64,000 nucleotides of DNA from Phoronis australis (taxonomy: Eukaryota; Animalia; Phoronida). The DNA is taken from the NCBI GenBank assembly GCA_002633005.1, contig NMRA01000825.1:1-64000 (forward strand), read 5' to 3'. Each line of letters begins with the position of its first letter. The first letter of the stretch is position 1. Positions 1-14,572 of this stretch are shown here, one piece after another. The position numbers and the translations under genes are program-made. The notes under the pieces were generated by a model. That model was not told the DNA's origin, did no database searches, and saw only the letters and a program-made list of their open reading frames with translations.

Positions 1-225
1 TGTATTGCAAATGTTTCTAAGTCTGGCCAGGCCGCCACCTTTGGCCACATCATGTTCATTAGATCACGTGATGCGGCCGCAGATCGTGTGCTGACCAAAC
101 TGTTTGTAAGGTCTTGGGCTTGCAAACAATGGGCAGATAGTTATTGCTTAAATTCATACCGGGCGCATACAAGTTCGTAGTCACGACGGCATTGGATATG
201 GCCGTCCAAAATGATCTAGATTAGA

Positions 226-1760
226 TATTCGAGGTACCAAAACTCGAAGCCCATGCTAGACAAATTGCACTCTGAAATGGGTGCGGCAGAAACCAAAAAG
301 TTCCCCCCAAAATGAGGTAGCTCATACATTCGAGGTTCCACAAAAAACACATTACAGCGTTCTGTCGTTCAGTAACTTTTCCAGACGTGAGGGGTGCTGA
401 ACGTGCGATAACATCTGGCTCTTTTGTTAACTGCCCAGCTCAGTCTTTTGTCCCGTATGATAACCAGCAGGCCAATTATCTCCCAGGCTTCAAAGGAAAC
501 GAGTGCGCTGGTAATCCGTTTGGGCAGAATAGATTGTCTTAACTTCTATTGTAGTTGGACGATTTTGGTGATTCAAAAACGGAACATGATCAGCATTTGA
601 CGAGGAATTCAGAAATGCTATTGGGTTAAGTTCAAATATGTTATAACTTAACGTCCATTTTTATCAGCCCACCCCAGTCAAGCTAGATACGACCTGATCG
701 GAGATTAGAGCAATTATCGAACAAAGGAGCACAGGCCCTCCAACCATAAATGCCAGAATGGAGTTAATCAGTCGTGTAAGATATTGGCTATGGGGGTAAA
801 CTTCCCAACTTGTTGTTGGGCTATAGAATCGAACAAGTTGGGAACAACGGGATGTCACCGTCATGAATTTTATGTGATTCAGTACACGTCACTGATGACT
901 ATAAATGCGCCATGACAGACAAAATGCCCTCTAGAATTTGCCTGCCAAAACCCACCAAAATGTCAACCACGGTATGCCTTTGAAAATTTGAGTTAGGTTA
1001 CGTATTGGAGATACCAGCTAAAACTGAATTAAAACGATCAATAGTACCACAATGAACTCCAAATGACCCATGACAAACACATTGCAGTAAATTTATGGAA
1101 AACGTCCGGCAGAGACCGAAAAATGATCCCCCCAAAACAAGCTAGGTCATACATTCGAGGTACCACAAAAACAACATCATATGATTCAATTAATATCACT
1201 GATCACTAAATGCTCCATGACAGACAAAATACACTCTGGGTTGTGCCCGTCAGAAACCCCAAAAATGTCAACCACGGTATGTCACATTGAAAATTTGAGC
1301 TTGACTAGATATTCGAGGTACCAACTGATTTTAAACGAATCATAGTACCACACTGAACACGGAATGCCCCATGACATACAAGCCAGTAAACCAAAAAGGA
1401 CCTCCCCAAAAATGAGCTAGTTCATACATTCGAGGTACCACAAAAACAAGTCCATGTGAATAAATACATGCCACTGGTCACTAAATGCCTTTTGGGTTGT
1501 GCCCGCCAGAAAGCCCCAAAAATCTCAACCACGGTTCGCCATTGAAAGTTTGAGCTACATTAGGTATTCGAGGTACCGGCTGACTTAAACCAATAGTTGT
1601 GCCACAATGAACAACGGATGACCCACGACGAACAAATTCACCTCCGGAAAGGGTCCGTCAGAAACTAAAAAACGACGCCCAAAAAGGAGCTTTTTGATAT
1701 ATTCGAGGTTCCACAATAAACAATTCCATGTGATTCAAATAGAAGTTACTGCTTACTAAA
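226..1760 (+). repeat. Degenerate ~275-315-bp satellite-like tandem repeat interrupted by about 510 bp of unrelated sequence
   Basis: attcgagg(t)(a/t)ccacaa at 328, 1153, 1428 and 1701, with a second attcgaggtacc subunit at ~227, 1311 and 1566; insert at about 354-865. Confidence 0.7.
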
Positions 1761-4380
1761 CGGCCTGTGACACACAAATAGAGAATTCTACACGAGTCTC
1801 AGGTTTATGACATGGGCAAAACCTCTTGGAAATTTCGTCAATATCCCGAGGCTTGCCGAGGAATTTTGACGAAATTTCCAAGAAGTTTTCCCATGTCATC
1901 AATCTGAAACGAGTGTAGGATTTGTTTTTTTTTCGCATGAACCGTAAAAACGATCTTTTTTGCTGAAAATGTCGACATGTTTAAAACTTTCAACCACATG
2001 ACGCAAATTTTGTAAAAACACGCTTGCGCAATGTAAAGTAATTCAGTTACTTTTTGCTAATAGTTTTTTTTAAGTTTATCAATTGTAAATTACATTAAAT
2101 TTTCGTAGCAAATATTCAACTTAGAATCTAATAAATAGTCTTTGAAATTGTAATATTAAAACTTAAAAAATGTTTATAAATAAGAGCCAGCAAGGCGTGA
2201 GCACTGAATTGACCTTGAGACAGCTAGACCGTTTCGTCGCGTTTCTGGAGTTGGGCTCGTCTCCGTTTGAATGAACGTGGATATGGAATTTGCTGATGAT
2301 GATGGGCATTTAAGAAGTTGCTTGCATGTTCCTCCGACTGGGATTACGTACAGCTGCGACACCAGATTTGTCAATCATAACCTTGATTGGCGTGCGTTTG
2401 GTTGTTTAGTGTTTTGCAGACGATAAAATGCAAGGCGTGTGGATTTCTACTTTGCACTTCTTTGTGATTCGCCCATGTAATATCATAAAATTATGTACTC
2501 AGTCAGTGTTATTAACCAGTCATGTCGTAACACATTCCAGGTCATGTGAGAAAAACTCATTCTGGGTTTTGCGGGCCAGCCCAAGAAATCTCAACTACTT
2601 AATTGTGTTGAAATTGTGTGATATATTAATTAGATAATGAAGATCCCGGATCCTGATAGTTTTGTAGAATCAAGAATTTCGATATGGAAGGTGTTGCGAT
2701 CACGTTCTTGGTTTGCAGTTCATGGCAAATTCTTGAATTGCCGTAATACTTTCGCGTATACTGAACTCTATCCTTGCATGAAATTATCAAAAGCGTCACA
2801 CTTAGTGCAAAATGGCGATAGTAGGAGACTGTAACCTTATTCAATTCAAGCAACGCGTTGACTTTGATTTAAAAATCAGCATAATTTCTGTGCACTAGCA
2901 GCTCGTCCGCAGCTCAGAACTCTGTTTTGAACTGGAGTGAGTTTTAGCGAAGCCAGTTAACATAGACCATAGAAAATGTCCAAATTTAGCTAACACCGAA
3001 CGTCTTAACTCAGAAGTGGCTGAACAGTTTCAAATATTTTAGATATTGCGCGTAATGCACCATACGTTCTACAGACCAAATTGTTTTTAAAAAGTTTTAC
3101 TTTTGCAAGATGGACTATAACAGCCAAATCCTTTAGATTCCTGTTAAAGAACTGCAAATTCACAAAAAACAGAACCTTAGAAAACATACAGCACTTTTTG
3201 ATTTCACCTGAAGAAAGAAATTTGGTTATTTTAATGATACCTTCGGTTTCCTGTAAATGTACATGTGGCATTGAGTTTATTTTCACTAAAAAGGACAGGG
3301 TCACGTGCCTTAGTCGATGGCAGATTGGAACAAAGTCAAAACTCTCAAGACTTTACTTTCAGAAAAATTTATACTTTTTTTCTTACAATCTATAATTTTG
3401 TAGACATTTGGAAAATTGAACAAACTTGCCGACAAGTTGGTGCAACATTAGCGTATTACGTTTCCGGTGAAATTTGTAAGCCAGGTACATGGCCCCTATG
3501 TTTCCTTACCGGTAGTTTGTGGAAAATACGTAATTTCTTGCGTAGACGACAAAGCGTTAAAATTTGACGTCCTCACCATCCAGATAACATAAATCTGACA
3601 CCGTTCAACGGAATTAATCTGTTTATAAATATTCTAGTCTTTAAGTTTTTGAGAGTAAATTTTTCAGTAAGCCATGACAATTCAACATTTTGCCAGAGGT
3701 TTGCTCTGTTTAGAGTACAATGGTGACTTTGTTTTGCATTTGCTCACCTTACAATCAGGTTGTCGGAAGGGAGTGACAATTCATGCCTCACTGCTTTGAA
3801 ACCACAACCTATCGAAAGTCTGATCATGTGGGAATTTTATAAATGAATATCTTTATTGCGAACTTTACAGTTATCCATGTACAGAACAATACAACATAAA
3901 CATAACGTAATCTAATGAAGAAGAGAAAAATGAGACAATAAAAACCCAAGATTAATAACATAACTACATACAAACAGTAAAAGGAGCGAATGTCAGAATG
4001 GTGGATAACAATGATTATAGGATTCACAGATTGAGATAAGCCAGTCATAAAACTGAGAACAAGCTTACGTAGGGTAGCATTGCAATACTGAAAATCACAT
4101 AGCGTGTAGATGCTACTAGTTCTATAAAAGTTGGAGTAACCCAAGAAACAATTAAAACATATTGTGATAAGACGTATTGAAGTATAAGCCAATACTGAAG
4201 GTTGACGACTTTAAGTTCACCACAAGAGGACAGTATAGATTGGAGAGCAAAAGGAACTGAACAGTTTAATTTTAACTGCGACACAGTGGCTGATTTAGGG
4301 GGGGAGGGCAAGGGGGCCATGGCCCCTAAAATTTTCCCAGATGCCATTTGGCAGTTTGGGGTGCTAATTGCTGACTAGTG

Positions 4381-4530
4381 TATGCGCGCACCCAGGGGGG
4401 TTCGGGGGGCGGATGCACAATGCATAAGCCTTGAACAAATCCCGGTCACCGTATTTTTTAGTAATAAGGTGCACAAACCCAAAAATTCGAGATCCCCGCA
4501 TCCCTACATTTTAGGCTGGGCGCGCGCATA
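4381..4530. mobile_element. Short GC-rich TIR element; related copy at about 24359-24572
   Basis: TIR tatgcgcgcacccag / ctgggcgcgcgcata; the 3' part aaaaattcga…ttttaggctggg(c/t)gcgcgcat is shared with 24531-24572. Confidence 0.6.
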
Positions 4531-6854
4531 TGGCGAAATTTTGGTTATTCCTGTGCCCTGGCCCCCCAGTCTACTACAGTTGGCATCGCGTACGAAACAG
4601 TCGGGTACCAGGCCTATACCCAGGTGGGGTTCGGGGGGATCGATCAACCTTCCCCCTGCGGAAAAGGTCCAGTCCCAGCATATCCGCTAAAGATATTTTT
4701 ATATAACGAATAGATGGACAACAACAAAAAATTGTTGTAGGTACTGTTGCTACTAACTACAGTGGTAACTAATTTGGTAATAATTTTGAAATTGCTGCTG
4801 ATTCAAAGCGCTTCACGTGGCATCGGGCCGTACCAGGCCCCCCACTTGTTTCATTGCTGCGCCTCCCATGGGGTCAGGACTGTGGCGACCAACGACGGTT
4901 TTAAATTTAAGAAGACTGAATGGGACTCCCTGACTTTGTGAAGACTGGCGGAGACAGGGTGGCCTACTAACTACATTTAGTTTCGACTCGGCCGTGCGCG
5001 CGTTTCCTTGAATAAGGTTGAGGCACAGCGACTCTGAACTTTTCAGTCGTGCAGCGATGCGATCTTGACATGGATTTGATGAATGTATCGTTTTTCATAA
5101 TTCATCAATATTCCTACTTTATATTCTTTTAAAAATGCAAGTGCGTACTCATTTTCCGTGTTAAGACATGCGGGCAATGTCGCATGCGCATTGAAAATAA
5201 GTGATCACCATCTCTTGTTGTACTGGTCAGCTAGGCTGTGGTCACTGTTTACATGTAATCGAAACAAAGTGCTTTTGTACCCGGGCGTTGTTTTTGATAT
5301 AGGTGCATCTAATAACCAAACTATCACCTGAGCCTGAAAGTTAGATATTTTCGGAGCAATGTACCTTCAGAGTAAAGAATCTTCGAATTAGTGAACCTTC
5401 GGAATATTGAATCATCGGAGTACTTTTAAACGTTTCGAAATAGTCAGCTGCTCCCATATCCAGCGATGTAAGAAACTTTCATTATCACGCAAAAATACAA
5501 CAAGGTAAACAACTTCGTCAAGTCACTCTCCAACTGAACTTCATATTTCCGCCCGAGCATGTAATGAGGTGTAATCACTCATTTAAGCATGCCTGATTTC
5601 AAATTTTAGCAGGAGGTAGCAAGGGAACGTTCTTTTGCTGGACCACATTACATCCGAATTTTTGTCCCGTTCTTCTTTGCGAGCAACCGCCGCAACATCC
5701 TCCTTTCTGGTATTAAATGTTCCGTCTCATCTCAGAAACAGAGCTGAGAGTCATCGTCGTGTATACAGTTTTCTCTTCCCCCTAATAAAGCTGCGTCAAA
5801 GGCCTAGCCGAAATCTCTACAGTGTCACTCGACATTTGCAAAATATCCGGCAAAGATCCACCGTTCTAGAAATTCGAACCACCCCGGGCCTGGGTACTTT
5901 GTATCTCAAATTCCTATGGGAGGCGAGCGTTGTCTGCGCATGTGCAAACTTTAATTATTACACTGGTCAAATGACTCTCAAAATGGAGAATCCCTTCCAA
6001 TGCGCGAGCATTTCTATAACAACGTGAAGAGGCAGATACAGCTGTGAGTTTACCGAGTGGGAATGGCATTATTTTACCGTCTCTTCACCAAATCCTTTTG
6101 TTGTATGATTGAACTTTACTCATGCTCAGATAGTATTAACCTATGAAGTGAAATTTGAAGCTACGCGGTAAAATACTTGATGTGTTCTAAATGTCGTCGC
6201 CGTTCATTTGCTCCCTTTACAGCACGTGTGTGTTTGTAGATTGTCCGTGGGTGGAGCTGTTACCGGTAAATTGAAAGGTTTGTTGCTCTCAGCGCTCGGC
6301 TTGTTTTTAACAGCAGCACTCTGCTGTACTTGGGGTGAACATCTACTGCTGGGCTCACCCTTTTAACTGATTTGTCCCTATAGCATCCTATCCGCTTGTG
6401 TTGTTAGTGCCGGTGATAAAGTGGGTCCATTTATAGTGAGAGGTCACCGTCTTGGCAGTGTTTGAATGATCCATCATCCCGCGTTCATGGGATCGCAACA
6501 TTTGGATGATTGAGGTACCTCACAAATGAAGACCGTGTAGGCTGTGATAAATCGCGTTTTTTTGTGTTGCTTGGGAAAGACCAGCTGCTATACCAACTCT
6601 TCGTTACATGTATTTCAAAAACCAGGTCACTAGTCGTAACAGCTAGGCTTTTGATAAAGATTTCCATATTAAACAAACATGTACACAATATTTAGTGTAG
6701 CTGAAAATAAAAATCGTTTGACATCGAATTAGCACGTTCATAAAGTTGGGGCTTAGTGGTTATAAGTGATTCTTTGTTTTAACTAAGAAGGTTTCCTCTT
6801 TGTATACTCTAATCGATAACCCATTCAAGAGCTTATATTAGTTTACGTCCTCAC

Positions 6855-6997
6855 CGATTGGTCAATGACATTCAATGACGTCATAGCTGATAAATTGATG
6901 AAAGCGCGTAATTCCACTGTGCCGGCAGTGTGACTTAAGCAGTACTACCGTGAAGTCAGAGCTTGTTTTTGATTAACACAACAATTACGTGGTAAGT
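6855..6997 (+). promoter_or_regulatory. Candidate PHM promoter and non-coding first exon
   Basis: Reverse CCAAT (ATTGG 6857), full CRE TGACGTCA 6876-6883 and a consensus donor GTG/GTAAGT at 6992. PHM coding exon 1 begins with an acceptor, so an upstream UTR exon is expected. The link to PHM is inferred. Confidence 0.35.
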
Positions 6998-8204
6998 CTA
7001 CAAGCTTTTTTATTCAGCTTCAAAGGTGCGCGTGATTGCACGTGGGAGCTTTTTGACTACGTGTGGAGGCGTTCCTGAGTCGGGGCGCGTTGATCAAAAC
7101 ATGAAACTGTGCACGTGACTGTCGTCAGTTATTCACAACAATAAACATTGATGATGATTTTCTTGAACATATCTTGGGTGCGTAAAAGGCCTTCCGCTTC
7201 TTGAATGCTTCTCGTGTGCAGTACGCAGAACGCTGTAACGGAGAATACTTAGAGATGGGCTAGAATGAGTTTTATCTCTATTCATTTATTTGTATCTAAC
7301 TTTTGCCTTGAAAACTAAACAATTAGGCCTTCTTTTCGAATGAGGCTACAAGTTTTTCCGTTGCCTTTTGAACATGGTACAAAAACGTAGCAAGCAGCCG
7401 TCAGCTCATGGATAAACTTAAAAATCATTTTAGAGTTGGGAAGACGGCCCCGAAAGCTTATTTAACCGTTCAGAGTTGAAAATAGGGCGTATTTACTTCG
7501 AGTGTTTGCAAACATTCGTTTGCAATGGTTAGATGGTATGAGAGTCCTTTTGGTGTTTTGCGTTAGACGTTTCCGAATTGCTTTCTATAACATTTGATGA
7601 ATATCTGATTTCTCTTTCCAACGATAGAGACTTTCAACTGCGAGTTTCATCCTAATAACGCTAAAGTGTAAATCTGACACGCATTATCCGTTTTCATGTT
7701 GTCTCGGTAATTGAGTTTTGAGATAATATATCGAGAAAGATAGTTCAGTTGTATCTGGAATGGATGCGAACGCCAACGCAATTTACATAGCTTAGAGAAT
7801 CGTTGTCAACAAATCTATATCTGTTACGAATGCGAGCACAGCTTAGACATGCCCATTAGCCATACATACTGTAGTATGGATTTCTGAGGTACACTTTTAT
7901 TCCATTATTTGAAACATTCAGTCGAAAGTAAACAGCTATTTTGAAGTAACACTCGATTGATTTTTGGTTAACCAAATCAACTACGTCCAATTACAGAGAT
8001 ATATATTTAAGCCGAACGAAAATCAATTCACATAACATCAAATGGTACATTTTTAATACTGAAGTAACATGTACACCATGCAGTGAATGTATTTGCTCAA
8101 TCAACTCATGGTGTGCATCAATGAATCTAAACAAAAGCACAAGCTACATGTTATATGAGTTCGATTAAAATTACACCAGATACAGTAGCTCCCAAAGAAT
8201 CATA

Positions 8205-8460
8205 ACCACTGTCGTCGTCTTCATCATCATCACCTTCATTATCATCACTACCTTCGTCGTCATCACCATCATAATCATCGTCATCAGCAACATCATCATC
8301 ACCTTCATCGCTACCAATACCATCGTTTTCATAATTATCGTCATCATCATCACCATTATTATCATCATCCGCATTACCTTCATCATTATCATCATTTTAA
8401 TTAACATCATCATCATCCTTGTCACCATCCATGTCGTCATCACCGTCATGAATCACCGCC
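8205..8460 (+). repeat. Degenerate (CAT)n microsatellite
   Basis: Runs of catcat/atcatc; explains the Met-rich ORF 8171-8449. Confidence 0.9.
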
Positions 8461-9256
8461 TTCATAACTGCCGTATGTTGAAATTCGGCGAGAATATGAT
8501 AAACAGACTATTTGATCTATTGTTTCTAAAATGAGAAATGACGGACTGACAAAGCATTACAGGCAAAGCAATAGGATAATGTCATCAACGATACGGACGA
8601 ACTTGGAATTGTGTGCAAAATCCACTGGACTGTCCGTTACTCGAATCGTTGGTTTAAAATGGAACTTGCACGTTTATTCCTTATCTCCGTGATTGTGAGC
8701 TAAAATTGGAAAAAACACAAAATATGACGATGATGTGAATATGAAGTGGGTACAAAATATGACGATGATGTGAATATGAAGGTTAAAAATTGCTAAATGT
8801 TATTAATAATGAGTTTTTTGTCCAAAATTTTCCGCCGTAAATCACTCAACCGCGTCCAGTAAGTATCGTGACGTGGTGTTGGGGAATAACACTGCCTGAT
8901 GCGGGCTACATGTATGTGAGTCCCCAAGGTCCGTCATTAATGCAAAGGTCACCAATTTGCGTAATTTTTGTTTTCACATTTACAAGTTGTCAATGAATAC
9001 AACTGCACTTTGTTTTGAGTTGTTGACGTTAAAATTGTATGCTCCTGCTACACAGTGGAGTAGTTAGGAGCATGCAAATAATTTTTAAACGTGCAGTAAG
9101 AAAGTTTTGAACAAAAAAATCGTGGAAACAAACTGTAAAATCAGCTTTATTCTTTCATGTGGCTCGTACGAATGATTTGCTAACTTGCACATAATTTTTG
9201 CTCAAACATTCGGTTTCGGAGTTTGTATGTATGATTTTTGTTCGTGTTCGTACGTG

Positions 9257-9372
9257 AGGCGTTGTGGTGCACACAATCATGTATCAGTGATGCAAGGCGT
9301 TGTGGTGCACACAAACATGTATCAGTGATGCAAGGCGTTTTGGTGCACACAAACATGTATCAGTGATGCAAT
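9257..9372 (+). repeat. ~38-bp tandem repeat x3
   Basis: aggcgttgtggtgcacacaaacatgtatcagtgatgca. Confidence 0.9.
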
Positions 9373-12300
9373 GGTAGCGCGAAAGTGGTTCTGACGTATG
9401 ATTCAACGTGCGTGCGTATGATTGCATGGGCAGATTCAAGGAGACCGAAGGGTCATAATGCGGACATAACTAAAACAAAAAGTCTGAAAATATTTTTTAC
9501 TCCAAAAGTGGAGAATGACTTCCAACTTAGGATGAACGCAGACGGAAAGCTACGACCTGGGCATGAGCTAGACGCCATTTGATTCAACCATTCTCGCCTT
9601 GACATAAGTCTTAAGCTTAGCTATCACTCGCCTCAACCAGACAGCTTAGGTGGTAGTTACCCCTTTGCTGTGATCCTTCTGTCTCCATAAATCCGCCACA
9701 TTGTCTGGTATTACACCGTCACGATACTACAACAAATACCAGGAACTCGATGCTTTACTACACGGACTACAGGACACAATGCAGCCTAACAAATAAGCGG
9801 AACTGTTATTGTACTCTTCAACTAATCTTAGACTTTACTAAACGCCAACCTGAAATTGATGTAATCGAATGATAAGTACTATTTTGTATTGACAAAGGTA
9901 AACGTAAGAGGTTTGAATACACTTGCCTCAGAAAATCAATTTTTGCTCATAAACTAAGTGTAATATAGAAACGGAGTAATTTCTCAACAGACGTTGATGT
10001 AAATAAACCACGTGACATGTTTTTCGCAATCTTACTACACACACACACATGTTTTTCGCAATCTTACTACACACACACAAACACACACACATATATACAT
10101 ATATACGAGACTATTTTCTCCTAGGAGTTAAGAACCCAACTATAAGCAAGTAGGCCTACCACTATGATTGGAGACCGTCCAATTCACAGTTCAAGTCAAC
10201 CCCAAAGTTTCAGTAGGTACATGTGTTCTACATGTACCCAGTTTTAGAACTTCAGCAAATGTGCTGTCCCGCGGGGCCATTTAGTATAAACATTTACTGG
10301 CCTGCCTGCCAAGTTACATGTACTGCTCCTGCTTTAAGCAGCCTATTTATGTTTTTACAAACTTTTAGTGCTTGAGAACTCTCATATATTTTGCTATTGG
10401 GTGAGAATTTATTGCCCACAAGGTTCAAAATTAAACTCGTTGGCGTTCAAGAGGTGAGAGGTAAACACTGAAAATTATTAGTCAGTTAACCTTTTTTGAA
10501 TTAATACATTCACATGGGCCTATGTCTGAAAGTTGTTGGCCCGGCGGGTAAGTGACACTTAGAAGTTACTGACCTTGCCGTAAATCCACTGGCCCCGTGT
10601 CACTGGGCCAACGTGTATTTCGAACGCTGCACGTATCGTGACTTCGTATGCGACTTCGAAGATGACTTTTGGATTCATCGGATTGTCATGCACGATATCG
10701 TGGTATAAGATAGCTCGAAATTTCACGCTGAAACAATTATTCTACACGTGCAGGGTCCTTACAGTATCGACGTCACACTGGGAAACCAATACAGGGATAG
10801 GGCTAGAACACTTTATCGTTTTGTGGTTCGTGCGTATGATTCGGATGCTAGTGCGTGTGCTGTTTGTCCATATGAGTGATTTTTGGGTTTGCATGCATGA
10901 TTCATGTGTTCGTATGCATGATTCATGTGTTTGCATGTATGATTTATAGGTTCGTAGGTGGTTTGTGCGTAAGATGTGATGCTCGTGCGTAAGTTTCTAT
11001 GGTACCCCTGTCATAGTCGGGGTGGGTACATAGTCAAACACAGGCCAATGTTTATTTGGTCCTCGATACAAGTTCTGTCAAATAATGAGTGGAGGCATGC
11101 TTTCGCCCAGTCAACATCCGATCGAGATGAACGCAACAATCTCGCCCATGCAATGAATAGCTTAGGTGTCTTATATGCGATTGTCTGAGGAGAGCAAAGT
11201 AAATCTAAACAGAATTATGATTGGTCCTCGCTGACTGACCGACAGAGACGTCGCGAGGCCTTGTGAGAGTCACGGGAAGGACTTGGTATGATCCACGGTG
11301 GGGCAAAGCACGTGATACTTGTCCGAAACAATATTTTGGTCGTTTAATTTTCCCAGTTACTTATTGTCCGACTTATACTATACTTTCAGCTTTGAATTCC
11401 TACTCAGTGATAGTAACAATGGGCAATCTGTGAAATCAGTCAAAACATGGCTGTAGTCGGCGCATGCTGCATATATTGATTCCAGTATAATAGGAGGGAG
11501 GCGGGCTGACATTCAACGCTTTAATAATTAAATAAGTGACATTTAATAATTAAGTTCATCGAAAGCTTGCCTCTATGAGACGTAAGTACATGTATATGTA
11601 ACGTAGAATTATATACCCACTGCACGCATTAACGTTTGTACAGTAGTTTTCAAACGAAACTAGGCGTTTCGTTACTCAAATCCGCACTTAAGAATTCAGT
11701 TCTTTTCGACTAAAATGTGTTTCGATTATGACTCAATATTTTAACAAAATCTCCACATGTTTTGCTCTATGCACATTGTCGAAATCGCGAAAAATTTCCG
11801 AGTCACTAGTCTATTCGTGAACAATTATAGCTGGGCACGATAACGCCACGTTACACTCCGACAAAAGTTCGACGAAAAGACTATTTTATTAAAAAACTAT
11901 ACCATATAATTTTGTAAAAAGTTGACAGACTATGCTTCTGTCGACGTCTGTCTAGCTCATTTTGGAAACTACTGTGTATAGGGTAACTATCTAGTTATCT
12001 AAAATATGCCTGGGTTGAATTTGAACTATCGGGGACAACAGATGGTGGTAGATTTCAAAATTTAAAGCGGTATTTGAACTGTATGCTCATAAAATCGCAT
12101 CCGGGCAATATCGAGACGTCCCTTTGGTCGTGTTCATAGAAATGACGAGAAAGCTGCAGCTTGCAGGAAATGGTCACATCTTGTCTTGAATTCAATCCTC
12201 TTATTTCTTGAAAGTAGAAAAGCGCATTGATCAGCTGTCCTAGTTTTCTAAATCTTTGAGTTGGGACGAACAAGAAATAAACAATATATCGCGCCCTACC

Positions 12301-13274
12301 CAGATTATCAACTTTTTATGCCAAATGTCGAAATGATAAATGCCAATAGCGGTTTGCACGGTAGCGCTGCATTGTGAGCAAATATTTTAAAATAATAGTT
12401 GTCACTGACATTTTTCGAGATATAGTCTTTCAACAGTTCTGCAATACTAATACGTTACATCGTTTGTTTTTCAACGTTATACAATAACTCACGAGCACTA
12501 ATAGGAAAACAAAGAAAATCGATGAAAATGACGTCGCTGCATCACTCCACAGATGTAGACTCGAGCATGAAACCTTACTCCGCTGGACATTGACTGGCGT
12601 GTACGATAAGGAGACTAAATCGCACCGATTCAGGTCTGGTACACGTAGCATCCGATACCCTTTTGAAAAGATGTTGATTTTTGTAGAGATTTCTTGATAG
12701 GATCCTCAGATGATTGTATCTGACTGCGTCTTGCTTAAAGCCTACGTATTTTTGTTATTTTAGACGCATTTTGTCACTCAATCAAAGCAATACATAAGAA
12801 AACACGATTTAATCATTGAAATCAATTAGCTATAAAAGACTCGTAAAATGATGCCCCCATATTGCGTCACTGCAGTGGCCTACATGTAGGACAGGGGACG
12901 AAAAAGCAAGCCTTCGGGAGATTACGTGAGATTTGAAGTGAATTTTGAATGACAGCAGGTGACTTTGAATAGATTTTAGCTAAGTCCTAGCGTTACTGAA
13001 CGCACGCCAGGATTCTCATGGTGGCGTAGGCGGATGTAAGTCTGCGCCGTTCATTATAAATGCTGTAGTTCGTTGATCAAACTTTGATGTTAAATTTAAG
13101 GGAATGAATTAACGTTCAAGGTAAGCTTGAATTAACAACCTTGGAACCATATGTGTTTACATAGACCTACGTCTTGTTGCACTGTACGCATATTATCAAT
13201 TTCCTTAAGTTACTTGTCCGTTTAATAACACAAATGCCCGCTAAACTAGAATGCAATAAAAACCGTTTTACTTG

Positions 13275-13775
13275 CCCACCGTGTATAGATATATCTACTT
13301 ATGGTCCCACCGTGTATAGATATATCTACTTATGGTCCCACCGTGTATAGATATATCTACTTATGGTCCCACCGTGTATAGATATATCTACTTATGGTCC
13401 CACCGTGTATAGATATATCTACTTATGGTCCCACCGTGTATAGATATATCTACTTATGGTCCCACCGTGTATAGATATATCTACTTATGGTCCCACCGTG
13501 TATAGATATATCTACTTATGGTCCCACCGTGTATAGATATATCTACTTATGGTCCCACCGTGTATAGATATATCTACTTATGGTCCCACCGTGTATAGAT
13601 ATATCTACTTATGGTCCCACCGTGTATAGATATATCTACTTGTGGTCCCACCGTGTATAGATATATCTACTTATGGTCCCACCGTGTATAGATATATCTA
13701 CTTGTGGTCCCACCGTGTATAGATATATCTACTTATGGTCCCACCGTGTATAGATATATCTACTTGTGGTCCCAC
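13275..13775 (+). repeat. 31-bp minisatellite x16
   Basis: cccaccgtgtatagatatatctactt(a/g)tggt; 496 bp = 16 x 31; no spacers. Confidence 0.98.
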
Positions 13776-14572
13776 TGTTTTCACACCTTATCCTTGAAAC
13801 AAATGCTGCTCTCATGAATCTTGCTGTGCCGCTTCTGTTTCAACTCTCCGTGATAACATTACGAGATCTCTCATGCTTGATTATCCTCGCGTTAGCTATA
13901 AGTACAATGTACCTTTGAAAGCATTCTGTGAGCGAGACATCTGCCCCTTTAAATTATTAGATTTTATCTGTAATTTGATTTTACGTGATCTTGTCTGATT
14001 GAATTATTAATTTGTCAACATAACCTCTGCAATAAATGCCACGTGACGTCACAATCCGGCTAAAGTTTTATTTTCTGTGACTCCGTGAAGTTGTTTAGTG
14101 TAAAGAAGTGCATTTCGATTAATCCAATATTTACTTTCAGCGTGAAAAGGAAATAATACCCAATTGTGTCAAATTCGCTGAAATGATTGATTTTTTTGCG
14201 TGCCCGCAGTGTTCTTGCTGTTTTCGTGAAAACAAAATCCTGTACATCTCTCTTACAACTGGATGAGTTTTAGCATGGAAAGGAATCTGCTGTATTGAGG
14301 AAACAGTTGTCATCACACAAAACTAAATGGGTTTTTGATTTCGAAAAATTGTTCACACTCCGTATCCATAACTTGCTTTTTTCGCGATGCTCCGACAATT
14401 CTTGTCATTCCCATTGTCTCTCGAGTGACCATTGATGATTAAATGAGGTTGGTATACTTTGTTCTCAACAACCAAAAATCTTTCTGGTACAAAACGTACT
14501 TGTGAATGTATGCTTGCTGAGTAATCCTACGAATGTCATATAGTGGCAGGTCCAAAAAGGAAATCTGGTTTA

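Noticed and set aside
8171-8449. Met-rich or His-rich ORF
   Set aside because: Translation of a degenerate (CAT)n microsatellite; no splice support.
13275-13775. CRISPR-like array (31-bp palindromic repeat)
   Set aside because: Repeats are head-to-tail with no unique spacers, there are no cas genes, and the context is eukaryotic.
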